In this document: in pieces, positions 28,424-38,119 of the stretch
Position numbering within the stretch: the stretch's first letter is position 1
How the letters are laid out: every line of letters begins with the position of its first letter
From: an uncultured delta proteobacterium
GTDB lineage: Bacteria > Myxococcota > Myxococcia > Myxococcales > Myxococcaceae
Reading direction: 5' to 3'
DNA length: 64,000 bases
NCBI GenBank assembly: GCA_963713045.1
Contig: CAVQKE010000006.1
Coordinates: 1-64,000 of the forward strand
Position numbers and translations under genes: made by a program
Notes under the pieces: model-generated
Seen by the model: only the letters and a program-made list of their open reading frames with translations
The model's database searches: none
What the model was told of the DNA's origin: nothing

Positions 28424-30501
28424 GTTTTGTCCACCCCTGGCTGCTGTTGGGCGCCTCGGCCGCGCTGCTTCCGCTGCTGGTGCACCTGTTTGACCGCCGG
28501 CGGCCCAAGCCAACGCCCTTCGCCGCCATTGCCTTCGTGCTGAAAAGCCACCGCCGGACGGCTTCGCGGCTGCGGTTGAAGCGCCTGTTGCTGTACACCC
28601 TGCGCACCCTGTTGCTGCTGGCCGTTCCGGTGGCCCTGGCGCGCCCGCAGCTGGTCCGGCCCGGCGCCGGCGGCCTCCGCGCCCAAGGGCCTGCGGCGAC
28701 GGCCCTGGTGGTGGACCGCTCGCTGGCCATGCGCTTCCGCGACGGCGAAAGCCTGTTTGAGCGCGCCCAGGGGGAGGCCCGCGAGGCTTTGGCCACACTG
28801 CTTCCCGAGGAGCCCGTCACCCTCGTCCCGTGCGGGCCCGACGTCGAGCCCCCAGGCACCCCGGGCTTCGAGCGAGCGCGGCTGCGCGAGACGATTGACC
28901 GGCTGCAGCCTTCCTATGGCGGGGCAGACTTGAACCGCTGTCTCTCGCTGGCCGCGCACGCCTTGGAGGACAGTCCACTGCCAGGCAAGCGGCTGGTGGT
29001 GGTGTCGGCCTTCACTGCCGTCTCCCTGCGCCTCGAGGAGCCTCCGCCCCGGGTGAAGCTTCCGGACAGGTTGGTCGCCCCCGAGGTGGTGCTGCGCGAC
29101 GTCGCCCGAGGCCGCGCGCTGGCCAACCACTTCCTGCTGGACGTGAAGGCCGAGGCCGCCCCCCGACTCGGGCCGCGGATGGTGGAAGTCACCTTCACCG
29201 CGCGCAACCTGTCCGCCGGAGAGGCCAAGGAGGTGGCGGCCACCTTGGAACTCGGCGGCCGTCCCGTGGCCAAGGCCTTCCTGACCCTTGCACCGGGGAG
29301 CACGGTGCAGAAAACGCTGAGCGCGCGTGCCGAGGCCGGCGGCGCCGTCGTCGGCGCGGTGACGCTGCAGCCGGATGCACTCGCTGAGGACGACCGGCGC
29401 GACTTCGTCGTCCAGGTGCCCCGAGAGCTTCGGGTGTTGGTGGTGGACGGCTCCCCCAGCCCGGTGCGGTACCGCGACGAGGCCTTCTTCTACGAGGCGG
29501 CACTCAGTGCCCCTGGCTCTCCGGCGCGGCCCACGCTGCGCGACGCCGAAGCGGCCTGGCGTGAGAAACTTTCGGACTACGACGTGGTCGCACTTCTCAA
29601 CGTGCCGGCGCCGCCGCCGGAGGTCGCCAGCCGGCTGAAGGCCTTCGTCGAAGCCGGCGGGGGACTGCTTCTCTCCATGGGAGACCAGGTGGAGGCGGAG
29701 GGCTGGAACCAGCGCCTCGGCGGTCTTCTCCCGCGGCCCCTCCGCCTGGTGAAGAGCGCCGGGGCCACCGGGGAGACGGCACTGCACCCGGCGCGCCTCG
29801 GGGACGTCGCTTGGGAGCATCCCCTTTTTGTGCCCTTCACCGACAAGGCCAGGGAAGGACTGCTGTCGGCGCGCTTCTCCCGCTACATGCTGGTGGAGGC
29901 CGGGCAGCACGCCCAAGAGGCGGCCGAGGTGCTGGCGGCCTACGACGACGGCGCACCGGCCCTCCTGCTGGCCCGTCGGGGCAAAGGCCGCGTCCTCCTC
30001 TTCACCTCCACCGTGGAACGGGACTGGTCAGACTTTGCAATCCGCACCAGTTTCCTCCCCCTGGTCCAGCGTTCAGCGGCCTACCTGGCCGGGGGGCTGG
30101 ATGAGCACGAGCGGGTGGAGGGGCGGATTGGCCAAACGCTGCGGGTGTGGCCGGAGCCCGGCGCGACGGTGGCCGAAGTCCGCGCCCCGTCGGGAGGCAG
30201 CATCCCCTTGAGCCCGGAAGCCGACGGCAGCTTGCGCATCGGCCCCTTTGGGGAGCCAGGCATTTACCGTCCCCTCGACGCAGCCGGAGCGCCTGCGCTG
30301 CCCCCCTTCGCGGTGGTGCTGGATGCTGCGCAAAGCGACCTCACCCGGGTGAAGCCGGAGGCCCTGGCCGCCTACTTCGGCGAAGAGGCGGTGAAGGGGC
30401 CGCCCGGAACCACGGCGGCGCAGGTGCCCGTTTGGACCTGGCTTTTGGTGGGCGCGGCCCTCGTCTTCTTCCTCGAAGGGACGGTGCTGCGAACGCCCTA
30501 A
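28420..30501 (+). CDS. BatA-domain / VWA membrane protein
   Basis: MSFVHPWLLLG...LPLLVHL N-terminus, LARP, VVDRSLAM, FVEAGGGLL, GKGRVLLF...WSDF, C-terminal TM. Confidence 0.85.
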   Translation: MSFVHPWLLLGASAALLPLLVHLFDRRRPKPTPFAAIAFVLKSHRRTASRLRLKRLLLYTLRTLLLLAVPVALARPQLVRPGAGGLRAQGPAATALVVDRSLAMRFRDGESLFERAQGEAREALATLLPEEPVTLVPCGPDVEPPGTPGFERARLRETIDRLQPSYGGADLNRCLSLAAHALEDSPLPGKRLVVVSAFTAVSLRLEEPPPRVKLPDRLVAPEVVLRDVARGRALANHFLLDVKAEAAPRLGPRMVEVTFTARNLSAGEAKEVAATLELGGRPVAKAFLTLAPGSTVQKTLSARAEAGGAVVGAVTLQPDALAEDDRRDFVVQVPRELRVLVVDGSPSPVRYRDEAFFYEAALSAPGSPARPTLRDAEAAWREKLSDYDVVALLNVPAPPPEVASRLKAFVEAGGGLLLSMGDQVEAEGWNQRLGGLLPRPLRLVKSAGATGETALHPARLGDVAWEHPLFVPFTDKAREGLLSARFSRYMLVEAGQHAQEAAEVLAAYDDGAPALLLARRGKGRVLLFTSTVERDWSDFAIRTSFLPLVQRSAAYLAGGLDEHERVEGRIGQTLRVWPEPGATVAEVRAPSGGSIPLSPEADGSLRIGPFGEPGIYRPLDAAGAPALPPFAVVLDAAQSDLTRVKPEALAAYFGEEAVKGPPGTTAAQVPVWTWLLVGAALVFFLEGTVLRTP

Positions 30502-30509
30502 GGGCGACG

Positions 30510-30534
30510 GCTGACGCCCCCCCGGGGGGTCAGC
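30510..30534. terminator. GC-rich hairpin between convergent genes
   Basis: GCTGAC-GCCCCCCC-GGGGG-GTCAGC; no U tract. Confidence 0.35.
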
Positions 30535-31504
30535 TGGCCTTGGCACGCTCGCCGGCCAGCCGTTCCACGCTGGCCACCACCCGGTCGGCCAGCGGCGTCC
30601 CGTCCAGCGTGGCCACTTCCACCAGGCCGGTGGGACTCGTCACGTTGACTTCGGTGAGCCAGTCTCCAATGACGTCCAGCCCGACGAAGTGCAGGCCTTC
30701 TGCGCGCAGGTGGGGCGCCAGCCGCTGGCACAGCGCCCGGTCCCGGGGGGTGAGGGGCGAGCGCTCTGGCCTGCCCCCGGCGGCCATGTTGCCCCGGTGG
30801 TCATCCTCGCGCGGCACGCGCAGCACCGCACCGAGCGGCTCTCCATCCAGCACCAGAATGCGTTTGTCGCCGACCCGCGCCTCGGGCAGGTAGTGTTGCA
30901 GCAGGGCCCATTGGCTGCCGGCGCGGGTGTACAGCTCGAGCAGCGCGGTGGTGTTGCGGTCGCCGCGCTGAAGCAGCACCACCCCCTCGCCACCGTGGCC
31001 CTCCACCGGCTTCAGCACGGCGCCGACTGGCGCCGCTTCGACGAAGGCTTTGAGTTCGGCCAGGTTGCAGCTGACCAGCGTCGGCGGCGAGAGGTCCGGA
31101 AAACGCAGCGACCACAGGTGCTCGGCCGCACCGCGCAGGGCAGCCGGCGCGTTGACGAACAAGGGCGAGCGCTCGGAAGCCTCCACCAGCTGCGTCGCGT
31201 GCAGGAAGGCATCATCCACCGGTGGGTCCTTGCGCAGCCAAAGCACGTCCAGCTCACCGAGGCCCAACCGATGCTCGCCCACCACCCGGAAATGCGCGCC
31301 AGGGACGGGCTGCACCTCGACTTCACGCACCTGCGCCGCGGCCCGCCCCTCCCCGTAGAAGAGGTGCCGCTGCTCGAAGCACAGCACCCGGTGGCCCCGC
31401 GCCTGGGTGGCGAGCATCAGCGCGAACGTGGTGTCGTGGTCGACTTTCACCTGCTCCAGCGGGTCCATCAGGAAGCCGACGTCCAGGCGCTCGCGTGAAG
31501 CCAC
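30530..31504 (-). CDS. gshB: Glutathione synthetase
   Basis: FLMDP, DTTFALM, LRKDPP, LKP.EGHGGEG, GDKRIL, RGNMAAGG, GLDVIG..LTEVNVTSPTG. Confidence 0.95.
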   Translation of the reverse strand: MASRERLDVGFLMDPLEQVKVDHDTTFALMLATQARGHRVLCFEQRHLFYGEGRAAAQVREVEVQPVPGAHFRVVGEHRLGLGELDVLWLRKDPPVDDAFLHATQLVEASERSPLFVNAPAALRGAAEHLWSLRFPDLSPPTLVSCNLAELKAFVEAAPVGAVLKPVEGHGGEGVVLLQRGDRNTTALLELYTRAGSQWALLQHYLPEARVGDKRILVLDGEPLGAVLRVPREDDHRGNMAAGGRPERSPLTPRDRALCQRLAPHLRAEGLHFVGLDVIGDWLTEVNVTSPTGLVEVATLDGTPLADRVVASVERLAGERAKAS

Positions 31505-31679
31505 GGGGGAACCTCCTGCTTCTCCTACGCCTCAGCAGCAAGTAGTCACGGCCCGGGTGCGCCGCAGCCCCCAAGCATGGCCTGTCCAGGGGGCGGCGGT
31601 CACTGTCTGTGGAGGAGGCCGGCCGTTGAGCGCCCGTCCCGCCCGCGCCGGCACCGCCCTTGCTACAGTGCCGTCTTCA

Positions 31680-32780
31680 GTGGCTTCCCCTCTTGAACGG
31701 GACTGCGCGCGACTCTTCGTCGTCGGCTTCGCGGGCCGAAGTCTCGACCCGGAACTCGAGGCGCTGGTCCGCGACGGGGTGCTGGGTGCCATCCTTTTTT
31801 CGAGGAACCTCGGCACTGCCGAAGAGTCGGCCCAGCTGGTGGCCGAGTTGAAGCGCAGCGCGGGCCGGCCCTTTCTGTTGGCGGTGGACCAGGAGGGAGG
31901 CCGGGTGGCACGGCTGCGCGGCGGACCCTTCACCGCACTGCCCGCCATGCGCGAGCTCGGCCGCCACCGGGACGTGGGCCTCGCACGGCGAGCGGGGCGG
32001 TTGTTGGCCTACGAATTGGGCGCGGTGGGCATCGACTGGGACTTCGCCCCGGTGCTGGACGTGGACACCAACCCGGACAACCCGGTCATCGCCGACCGTG
32101 CGCTGGCTGACGACGCAGAAGTGGTGGCCCGGCTGGGAGTGGCCTTGGCCGAAGGCCTGGAGGAGGGGGGCGTGGCCTCCTGTGCCAAGCACTTCCCCGG
32201 CCACGGCGACACGCACCAGGACAGCCACCAGACGTTGCCCGTCCTCACCCACAGCCTGGAGCGCCTGCGCGCCGTGGAGCTCCTCCCGTTTCGCCGCTAC
32301 GCGGAGGCCGGCTTGGCCTCGGTGATGACGGCCCACGTGCGCTTTTCGGCCCTGGGGGACAACCGGCCGGCGAGCGTCAGTCGCCGCGCCCTGACCGACG
32401 TGCTGCGGGGGGAACTCGGCTTTCGCGGCGTGTGCGTTTCGGACGACCTCGAGATGAAGGCCATCTCGGAAGGGATGGGCGTCGAGGAGGCGACGGTGGA
32501 GGGGGCCCGGGCCGGGGTGGACGTCTTTTTGGTGTGTGAGAGGGCGGAGGTGCAGCGCCGTTGTTTAGAGACGCTGGTGCGGGCGGTGGAAGCCGGCCGT
32601 GTCTCGCGAGAGAGAATTGCCGAGGCGCACCGTCGCATCGACGTCCTGGTGGCACGCTTTTCCCATCCGCCGGGAGCTCGCCTCGGCGTGCTGGGCAGTG
32701 CCGACCACCGACGGCTGGCGGAGGGACTGACCGCAACGACGGCCGGCGGCGACCCCACCGAGCGAAGCGCGGTCAGCTGA
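31680..32780 (+). CDS. nagZ: Beta-N-acetylhexosaminidase (GH3)
   Basis: ILFSRN, DQEGGRVARL, FAPVLD, KHFPGHGDTHQDSH, VMTAH, SDDLEM; start approximate. Confidence 0.93.
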   Translation: MASPLERDCARLFVVGFAGRSLDPELEALVRDGVLGAILFSRNLGTAEESAQLVAELKRSAGRPFLLAVDQEGGRVARLRGGPFTALPAMRELGRHRDVGLARRAGRLLAYELGAVGIDWDFAPVLDVDTNPDNPVIADRALADDAEVVARLGVALAEGLEEGGVASCAKHFPGHGDTHQDSHQTLPVLTHSLERLRAVELLPFRRYAEAGLASVMTAHVRFSALGDNRPASVSRRALTDVLRGELGFRGVCVSDDLEMKAISEGMGVEEATVEGARAGVDVFLVCERAEVQRRCLETLVRAVEAGRVSRERIAEAHRRIDVLVARFSHPPGARLGVLGSADHRRLAEGLTATTAGGDPTERSAVS

Positions 32781-32803
32781 AGCACCGAAAGTGCCTGGGC
32801 CCC

Positions 32804-34243
32804 GTGTCCGCTCACACCTTCCACCTCGCCTGGTACCTGGTCTTCGGCTCGCTCGAGGTGGCGGGCCTGCTACTCGCCATCCGTGCGGTGTTGGTGACAC
32901 GGACGGCGCAGGGCGCCATCGCCTGGGCGCTCGCACTTCTCACCATTCCGGCGGTGGCCATCCCGCTGTATTTGGTGTTTGGCCGAAACCGCTTCCAGGG
33001 CTACCTGGAGGCGGTCCGCTCGCAGTCGGTGGAGCACCTGGCAGAGGTGCAGGCCAGCGTCGAACGCATCCGCGCCTTCTGCCGCCCGATGCCCGGGCGA
33101 TGGGAGGAGGCGCTGCACGTCCTCAACCGCCTCGCCCGGACGCCCTGCACCAGCGGCAACCAGGTCGAACTGCTCATCGATGGCGAGGCGACCTTCGCCG
33201 CCATCTTCGCCGCCGTCGCCCGTGCGCAACACTACGTGCTGGTGCAGTTTTACATCCTCCGCGACGACAACATCGGCCGCGCCCTTCAAGCAGTCCTCCT
33301 CGAGCGGGCCCGCGCTGGGGTCCGGGTGTACGTGCTGTACGACGAGATTGGCTCCCTCTCCCTGCCCAGTCACTACCTTCAGGAGTTGCGGGCGGCCGGG
33401 GTGCAGACCTCCGCCTTTCAAACCACCCGCGGCCGGCAAAACCGCTTCCAGCTCAACTTCCGCAACCACCGCAAGGTGGTGGTGGTGGATGGGAAAAAGG
33501 CCTTTACCGGCGGCCTCAACGTCGGTGACGAATACCTCGGTCGCAGCCGGCGGTTCGGGCACTGGCGCGACACCCAGCTCGGCCTCGAGGGCCCGGCGGT
33601 GCAAGCCGTGCAGCTGGCGTGGATGGCCGACTGGTACTGGGCCACCCGGGAGCTGCCCGAGTTGCAATGGGAGCCCGCCCCAGCATCGCAGGGCGACGTC
33701 CCGGCCTTTATTTTCGCCACCGGGCCGGCCGATGCCGAGTCGCGGCTTCAGCTTTTCTTCATGCACTGCCTCAGCGTGGCCAAGAAACGGGCTTGGTTCG
33801 CCAACCCGTACTTTGTTCCGGATGGCGCGGTGTTTGAGACGATGCGGCTGGCCGCACTGCGGGGCGTCGACGTCCGGTTGCTGCTGCCCGAGAGGAACGA
33901 CTCCAAAATCATTGAATTGGCCGCCTTTTCCTTTCTCGAAGCAGCCGAGCGGTCCGGCATCCGGACGCTCCTTTACCGGGACGGCTTTCTGCACCAGAAG
34001 GTGATGCTCATCGACGATGCCTTGGCCTCGGTCGGGTCGGCCAACCTGGACAACCGTTCGATGAGGCTCAACTTCGAGCTCACCACCCTCATCGTCGATG
34101 TGGCCTTTGCCGCCCAGGTGGAGGCCATGCTGCTGCAGGACTTCGCTCGCGCCCGGCCGGTGAGCGCGGCGCAGGTGCAGTCTCGCGGCTGGCCCTACCG
34201 CTTCTCGGTGAGGGCGGCGCGGCTGCTTTCGCCCATCCTCTAG
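32804..34243 (+). CDS. cls: Cardiolipin synthase (second copy)
   Basis: RTAQGAIAW; RNHRKVVVVDG and LHQKVMLIDD HKD motifs; GSANLDNRS. Confidence 0.93.
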   Translation: MSAHTFHLAWYLVFGSLEVAGLLLAIRAVLVTRTAQGAIAWALALLTIPAVAIPLYLVFGRNRFQGYLEAVRSQSVEHLAEVQASVERIRAFCRPMPGRWEEALHVLNRLARTPCTSGNQVELLIDGEATFAAIFAAVARAQHYVLVQFYILRDDNIGRALQAVLLERARAGVRVYVLYDEIGSLSLPSHYLQELRAAGVQTSAFQTTRGRQNRFQLNFRNHRKVVVVDGKKAFTGGLNVGDEYLGRSRRFGHWRDTQLGLEGPAVQAVQLAWMADWYWATRELPELQWEPAPASQGDVPAFIFATGPADAESRLQLFFMHCLSVAKKRAWFANPYFVPDGAVFETMRLAALRGVDVRLLLPERNDSKIIELAAFSFLEAAERSGIRTLLYRDGFLHQKVMLIDDALASVGSANLDNRSMRLNFELTTLIVDVAFAAQVEAMLLQDFARARPVSAAQVQSRGWPYRFSVRAARLLSPIL

Positions 34244-36114
34244 CTGCCCTGAAGTTCCTTGGTCTTCTGCTCCGCGTTGAGGCGCAGCATCCGGCGGATG
34301 TCGGGAGGCAAGTGGGTGTCGTTGACCACCGTCTGCAGCACTTTGCGATAGCAGCGCAGCGCTTCGTCGCGCTTCCCCGCCGCCAGGTAGGCCTCAGCCA
34401 GGCTGTCCCAGGCGTTGGGGGAAGTTGGGTACAGCTCGCTGTTCAGTTTGAAAATGGCCAGGGCCTTGTCCGCCGAACGGGCTTGAATCTGGTAGCCCAG
34501 GTCATTGAGGCGCAGCTCGGCAACGGCTGGGTCGGTGCCGTCCAGTTGCTTCAGTCGCCGGTACTCGTCCAGGGCCGCGTCCACCTTGCCGGCGAGCAGC
34601 AGCTGCAACGGCACTTGCTCCGCCGCGGTGACGCGAAGGCCCGTCTCCTCCGTCAGCAGCGTCTTGGCGGTGACGCCGGCGGCGTCGAAGGTGAAGCGCG
34701 TCATCGGGTCCAGGCGCACATACTCGCCGGACTCGAGCGGCCACAATTCGAAGGCCTCTGCCAGCAGCGGCTGCGCCTTGAGGGCGCCATGGCTGGGGGT
34801 GACGACCAGAATGGAGTCGGACCCGAAGCGGTAACGCCCGGCCAGCCTGCGAAGCTGCTCTTCGGTGGGATGGCCCCGTTTGGCATGCGGTGCGGCCAGC
34901 TCCGTCCACCGGTAGACGTCGGCCGCGCCGCGCGCAATCTCATCGGCCAGCTTCCCCCCGCCGTCACCGTTGGTCATCACCACCAGCCCGTAGCCGGATG
35001 CCTCGCTGGCCACCAGCAGCGCCCGAAACCCGTCGGTCCCGTTGGGCTGCTCGAGCGTGATGTGCGCGAAGGTTCCCTTGCCCCGCTGGTCGACGAAGAG
35101 GCCGAGCGCGTTGCCCGAGGAGAGCCCGAAGGTGCTGCCGCTGTCCGCGGCCGCGGCGGTGAGCATCCGCTTGGCCAAGGGGGCCGGCAACAGCGCGCCC
35201 GTTCTGCCGAGGTAGGACTGCTGCACCGCGATGGCAAACTGGGCCAGGTCCGACGGCGTGGTCCACAGGCCGACGGCCGCCAACTCCGGGTAGACGTGCC
35301 ATTTGCCAGGCAACGGCACCCCGTCGGCGCTGTAGCCGGTGGCGGCCCGGGCGGCGAGCTCTGCGCTGAGCGGCTGTTCGAAGAAGCTGTCCTGCATTCC
35401 GGCCGGAATCAGGACGGTGGTTCGGACCAGCGCCGGGAAGGTTTCTGCGGTGGTGTCCTCGAGGAGTTGCTGGACAATCTCATAGCCGCCACCTGAATAG
35501 CGGAAGTCGGCGCCCGGCTCGACGTCGACCCGCACCGGCTGGTTGTTCGCCGGGGGATGGCCTTCCAAAATCTCGCGCAGCGTCGGCAGGGTCGCTCCCG
35601 GCGGGTACCCCTCGAAGCCCCCCACGCTGATGCCGGCGGTGTGGTTGAGGAGCCGCTCCAAGGTGACGCCATGGGTGAAGGGCCCCTCGGGGAGTTTCCA
35701 GCTTTTGAGCAGCGAATTCACCGGCGCCCGGAGCGAGAGGCGGCCTTGGTCGACCAGCCGCAGCGCCGCCAGGGCCGTCACCGGTTTGCTCAGCGAGGCC
35801 GCCTGGAAGAGGGTTTTGGGCGTCACCGGCGCCTTGGAGGTGACGTCCAGCACACCGTAGCCGCGGGCCCAAGCAAGACGCCCGTCGAGGATGAGCGCGA
35901 TGCTGACCCCAGGGACGTGGTAGTGGCGCATCCTCTCTTCCAGCGTCCAGGGCGGCACTCCCTCCACCACCAAGCCGGGCAGCAAGCTGTGCTCCAGCGC
36001 GGCGGGCGGGGGGGAGGCCGGCGCCGAAGGCGCCGCAGCGACGGACGCGGGGACGGAAGCGGCGGCCAGCAACGTGAGGAGGAGGTGGAGGCCCTTCGGT
36101 TGTGAAAGCGTCAT
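34240..36114 (-). CDS. Exported serine hydrolase (beta-lactamase class C-like) with C-terminal TPR
   Basis: VPGVSIA, FQAASLSK (SxxK), LLNHTAG, FRYSGGGY; C-terminal LNDLGY...NAWDSLAEAY. Confidence 0.9.
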   Translation of the reverse strand: MTLSQPKGLHLLLTLLAAASVPASVAAAPSAPASPPPAALEHSLLPGLVVEGVPPWTLEERMRHYHVPGVSIALILDGRLAWARGYGVLDVTSKAPVTPKTLFQAASLSKPVTALAALRLVDQGRLSLRAPVNSLLKSWKLPEGPFTHGVTLERLLNHTAGISVGGFEGYPPGATLPTLREILEGHPPANNQPVRVDVEPGADFRYSGGGYEIVQQLLEDTTAETFPALVRTTVLIPAGMQDSFFEQPLSAELAARAATGYSADGVPLPGKWHVYPELAAVGLWTTPSDLAQFAIAVQQSYLGRTGALLPAPLAKRMLTAAAADSGSTFGLSSGNALGLFVDQRGKGTFAHITLEQPNGTDGFRALLVASEASGYGLVVMTNGDGGGKLADEIARGAADVYRWTELAAPHAKRGHPTEEQLRRLAGRYRFGSDSILVVTPSHGALKAQPLLAEAFELWPLESGEYVRLDPMTRFTFDAAGVTAKTLLTEETGLRVTAAEQVPLQLLLAGKVDAALDEYRRLKQLDGTDPAVAELRLNDLGYQIQARSADKALAIFKLNSELYPTSPNAWDSLAEAYLAAGKRDEALRCYRKVLQTVVNDTHLPPDIRRMLRLNAEQKTKELQGS

Positions 36115-36242
36115 TCGGTCGGGGAGGGAACCTCTATCACCGTTCTGGGTTGCATCTCGATGGCAAAGGTGGCTCGGATGCACCCCTCCGGGGGCGGTAG
36201 ACAGGTGTCATTCGCTTCCCGGCAACCTTGGGGAGGACGTTC

Positions 36243-36827
36243 ATGACAGCCGAACCGAAAACCGTAGGTCAGGAGATTCGAACCAACGCCGGGTGGACCA
36301 TCGCCGCCGGGGTGCTGCTCATCGTCGCTGGCATCTTGGCCCTCTGCGCGCCGTTCATCGCCGCCGTCACCGTCAGCCTCGTCGTCGGCTGGGCGATGAT
36401 TTTTGGGGGAATCGCGCAGGCCGTCTACGCCTTCAGCACCAAGGACAGCACCGGCCACATCATCTGGAAGGTGCTCCTGGCCATCCTCTACGTGGCGACC
36501 GGGGTCTACATCCTCATCTACCCCGGCGCGGGCGTGGTGGCACTGGCCTTTGTGCTGGGCTGGATGCTGCTCGTCGAGGCCGTGCTGCTGGCGATTCTCG
36601 CCTTCCAGGTGCGGCCACTCTCGGGCTGGGGCCTGTGGCTCTTCGATGCCATCGTCACCCTGGCGCTGGCCATCTTCATCCTCGTCAACTGGCCCGGTAA
36701 TTCCTACGTCATCCTCTCGGCCTTCGTCGGGGTGAGCATGATTTTCAGCGGTGTCAGTCGGTTGATTTTCGGCGCCACCGTGCGCTCGGCCGTCCCCACC
36801 CCGCCCACCCAGGCCAAGGCCTCTTAA
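36243..36827 (+). CDS. HdeD/DUF308 family membrane protein
   Basis: Six TM helices with GxLLIxxGILAL and GW..IFGG patterns; GGAGGA RBS. Confidence 0.85.
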   Translation: MTAEPKTVGQEIRTNAGWTIAAGVLLIVAGILALCAPFIAAVTVSLVVGWAMIFGGIAQAVYAFSTKDSTGHIIWKVLLAILYVATGVYILIYPGAGVVALAFVLGWMLLVEAVLLAILAFQVRPLSGWGLWLFDAIVTLALAIFILVNWPGNSYVILSAFVGVSMIFSGVSRLIFGATVRSAVPTPPTQAKAS

Positions 36828-38119
36828 CGCTTCTCCAACACCTGCAGTGCAAGCAGGACGGCCAGCGACAGCTGGACGGAGGCCTCAGGCCGTTTGGCCA
36901 GGGCGATGAGTTCGGCCACCGTCCGGCTGCCGTCGGCGGCTGGTAACAGTTCGCTCTCCCAGGTCTCCAAGCCGATGTCGCGCGTCGGGTAAATGGGCTG
37001 GCGCGAGGGGACCAGTCGGTCCTCCAGCGCCAGCAGTCGACGCACCCGCTCTGGCTTGTACAGCTTCTTCATTCCCCGGACGATGAGGGTGGCCGGATGG
37101 ACGTCCAGCTTCAGCACCTCCTGGCGGGTGGGCTCCCCGAAACTCATCACATAGCTGCCGTCGTCCCAGGCGAAGAGTGAGTAGATGATGGCCTTCACCT
37201 GCTGGCCCAGGTAGTACTGACGGTCGGCATCGGTCAGAACTTCGCGCTCCACCAGCACGTCTCCGGTGCGTCGCCCCGAGCGCTGGGCCACCTGGGCGGC
37301 GTCGGCCAGCTGCTCCGGGCGCACTCGGCCGGTGCGCACCAGGAATTGGCCGAAGCGGTCGGCCAACAGGTTGGACAGCGCGAACACTGGCTGGCCGCGC
37401 TCGAAGAAGACGACTTTCTTCACCGCGCCCTTCTGGACGCCGAGCTCACCCGTCTCGCCGGAAAGGAAGAAGGCGGAAATGAGAGACGGCAGGTTGTCGC
37501 GCAACTCGCCGCGCCGCAGCTTCAGGGCCGGCGGCGTGGACCGGGAAATGGTCAACGGGCGCCGCACGCCAGGGTCGGAGCCCTTGCGCATGGAGGAGGC
37601 CCGCAGCGCTTTCCCCGTCAATTCCACCGGGCCGGAAGCGCCGCTCACCTGCACCCGGCCACTCAACTCCATGGTGTCCGGCGGCTCGTCTTCTTCGATG
37701 TCGATGTCCAGCTCGACTTCGAAGTCCTCGGCGGCAGCCTGACGCGGTGGCCCCGGTGGGACCAGGGCCCGGACGGCCTCCAGCAGCTTCTTCGACTCGA
37801 AGGGCTTCTCGAAGTACGCCGCCGCCCCATGCTTGTTGCGTCCCTCGAGCGCGTGCTTTCCGCCCTTGAAGACGCCGGTGACAAAAATGTAGGGGACGCC
37901 CGGGTGCTCGCGTCGCAGCGCCTCGGCCACGCCGTACCCCATCAAGTCCGGAAGCAGGATGTCGAGCAGCGCCAGCGCAGGCGGCTGCGTCCGCAGCAGT
38001 TCCAACGCCTGGCGGCCCTTGGTGGCTCCCAGCACGTCGTAGCCTGCGTCCTCCAGAAGGTGCGTCAGCAGCGACAGCAGCTCGACGTTGTCGTCGACGA
38101 CGAGAATGCGTGGGCGCAT
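36824..38119 (-). CDS. Response regulator receiver fused to a DUF4388/PatA-like domain
   Basis: ILVVDD, LLDILLP, VTG, EKP; acidic linker; TGEL...VFFERG...SN...RFGQFL, LFAWDDG. Confidence 0.85.
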   Translation of the reverse strand: MRPRILVVDDNVELLSLLTHLLEDAGYDVLGATKGRQALELLRTQPPALALLDILLPDLMGYGVAEALRREHPGVPYIFVTGVFKGGKHALEGRNKHGAAAYFEKPFESKKLLEAVRALVPPGPPRQAAAEDFEVELDIDIEEDEPPDTMELSGRVQVSGASGPVELTGKALRASSMRKGSDPGVRRPLTISRSTPPALKLRRGELRDNLPSLISAFFLSGETGELGVQKGAVKKVVFFERGQPVFALSNLLADRFGQFLVRTGRVRPEQLADAAQVAQRSGRRTGDVLVEREVLTDADRQYYLGQQVKAIIYSLFAWDDGSYVMSFGEPTRQEVLKLDVHPATLIVRGMKKLYKPERVRRLLALEDRLVPSRQPIYPTRDIGLETWESELLPAADGSRTVAELIALAKRPEASVQLSLAVLLALQVLEKR

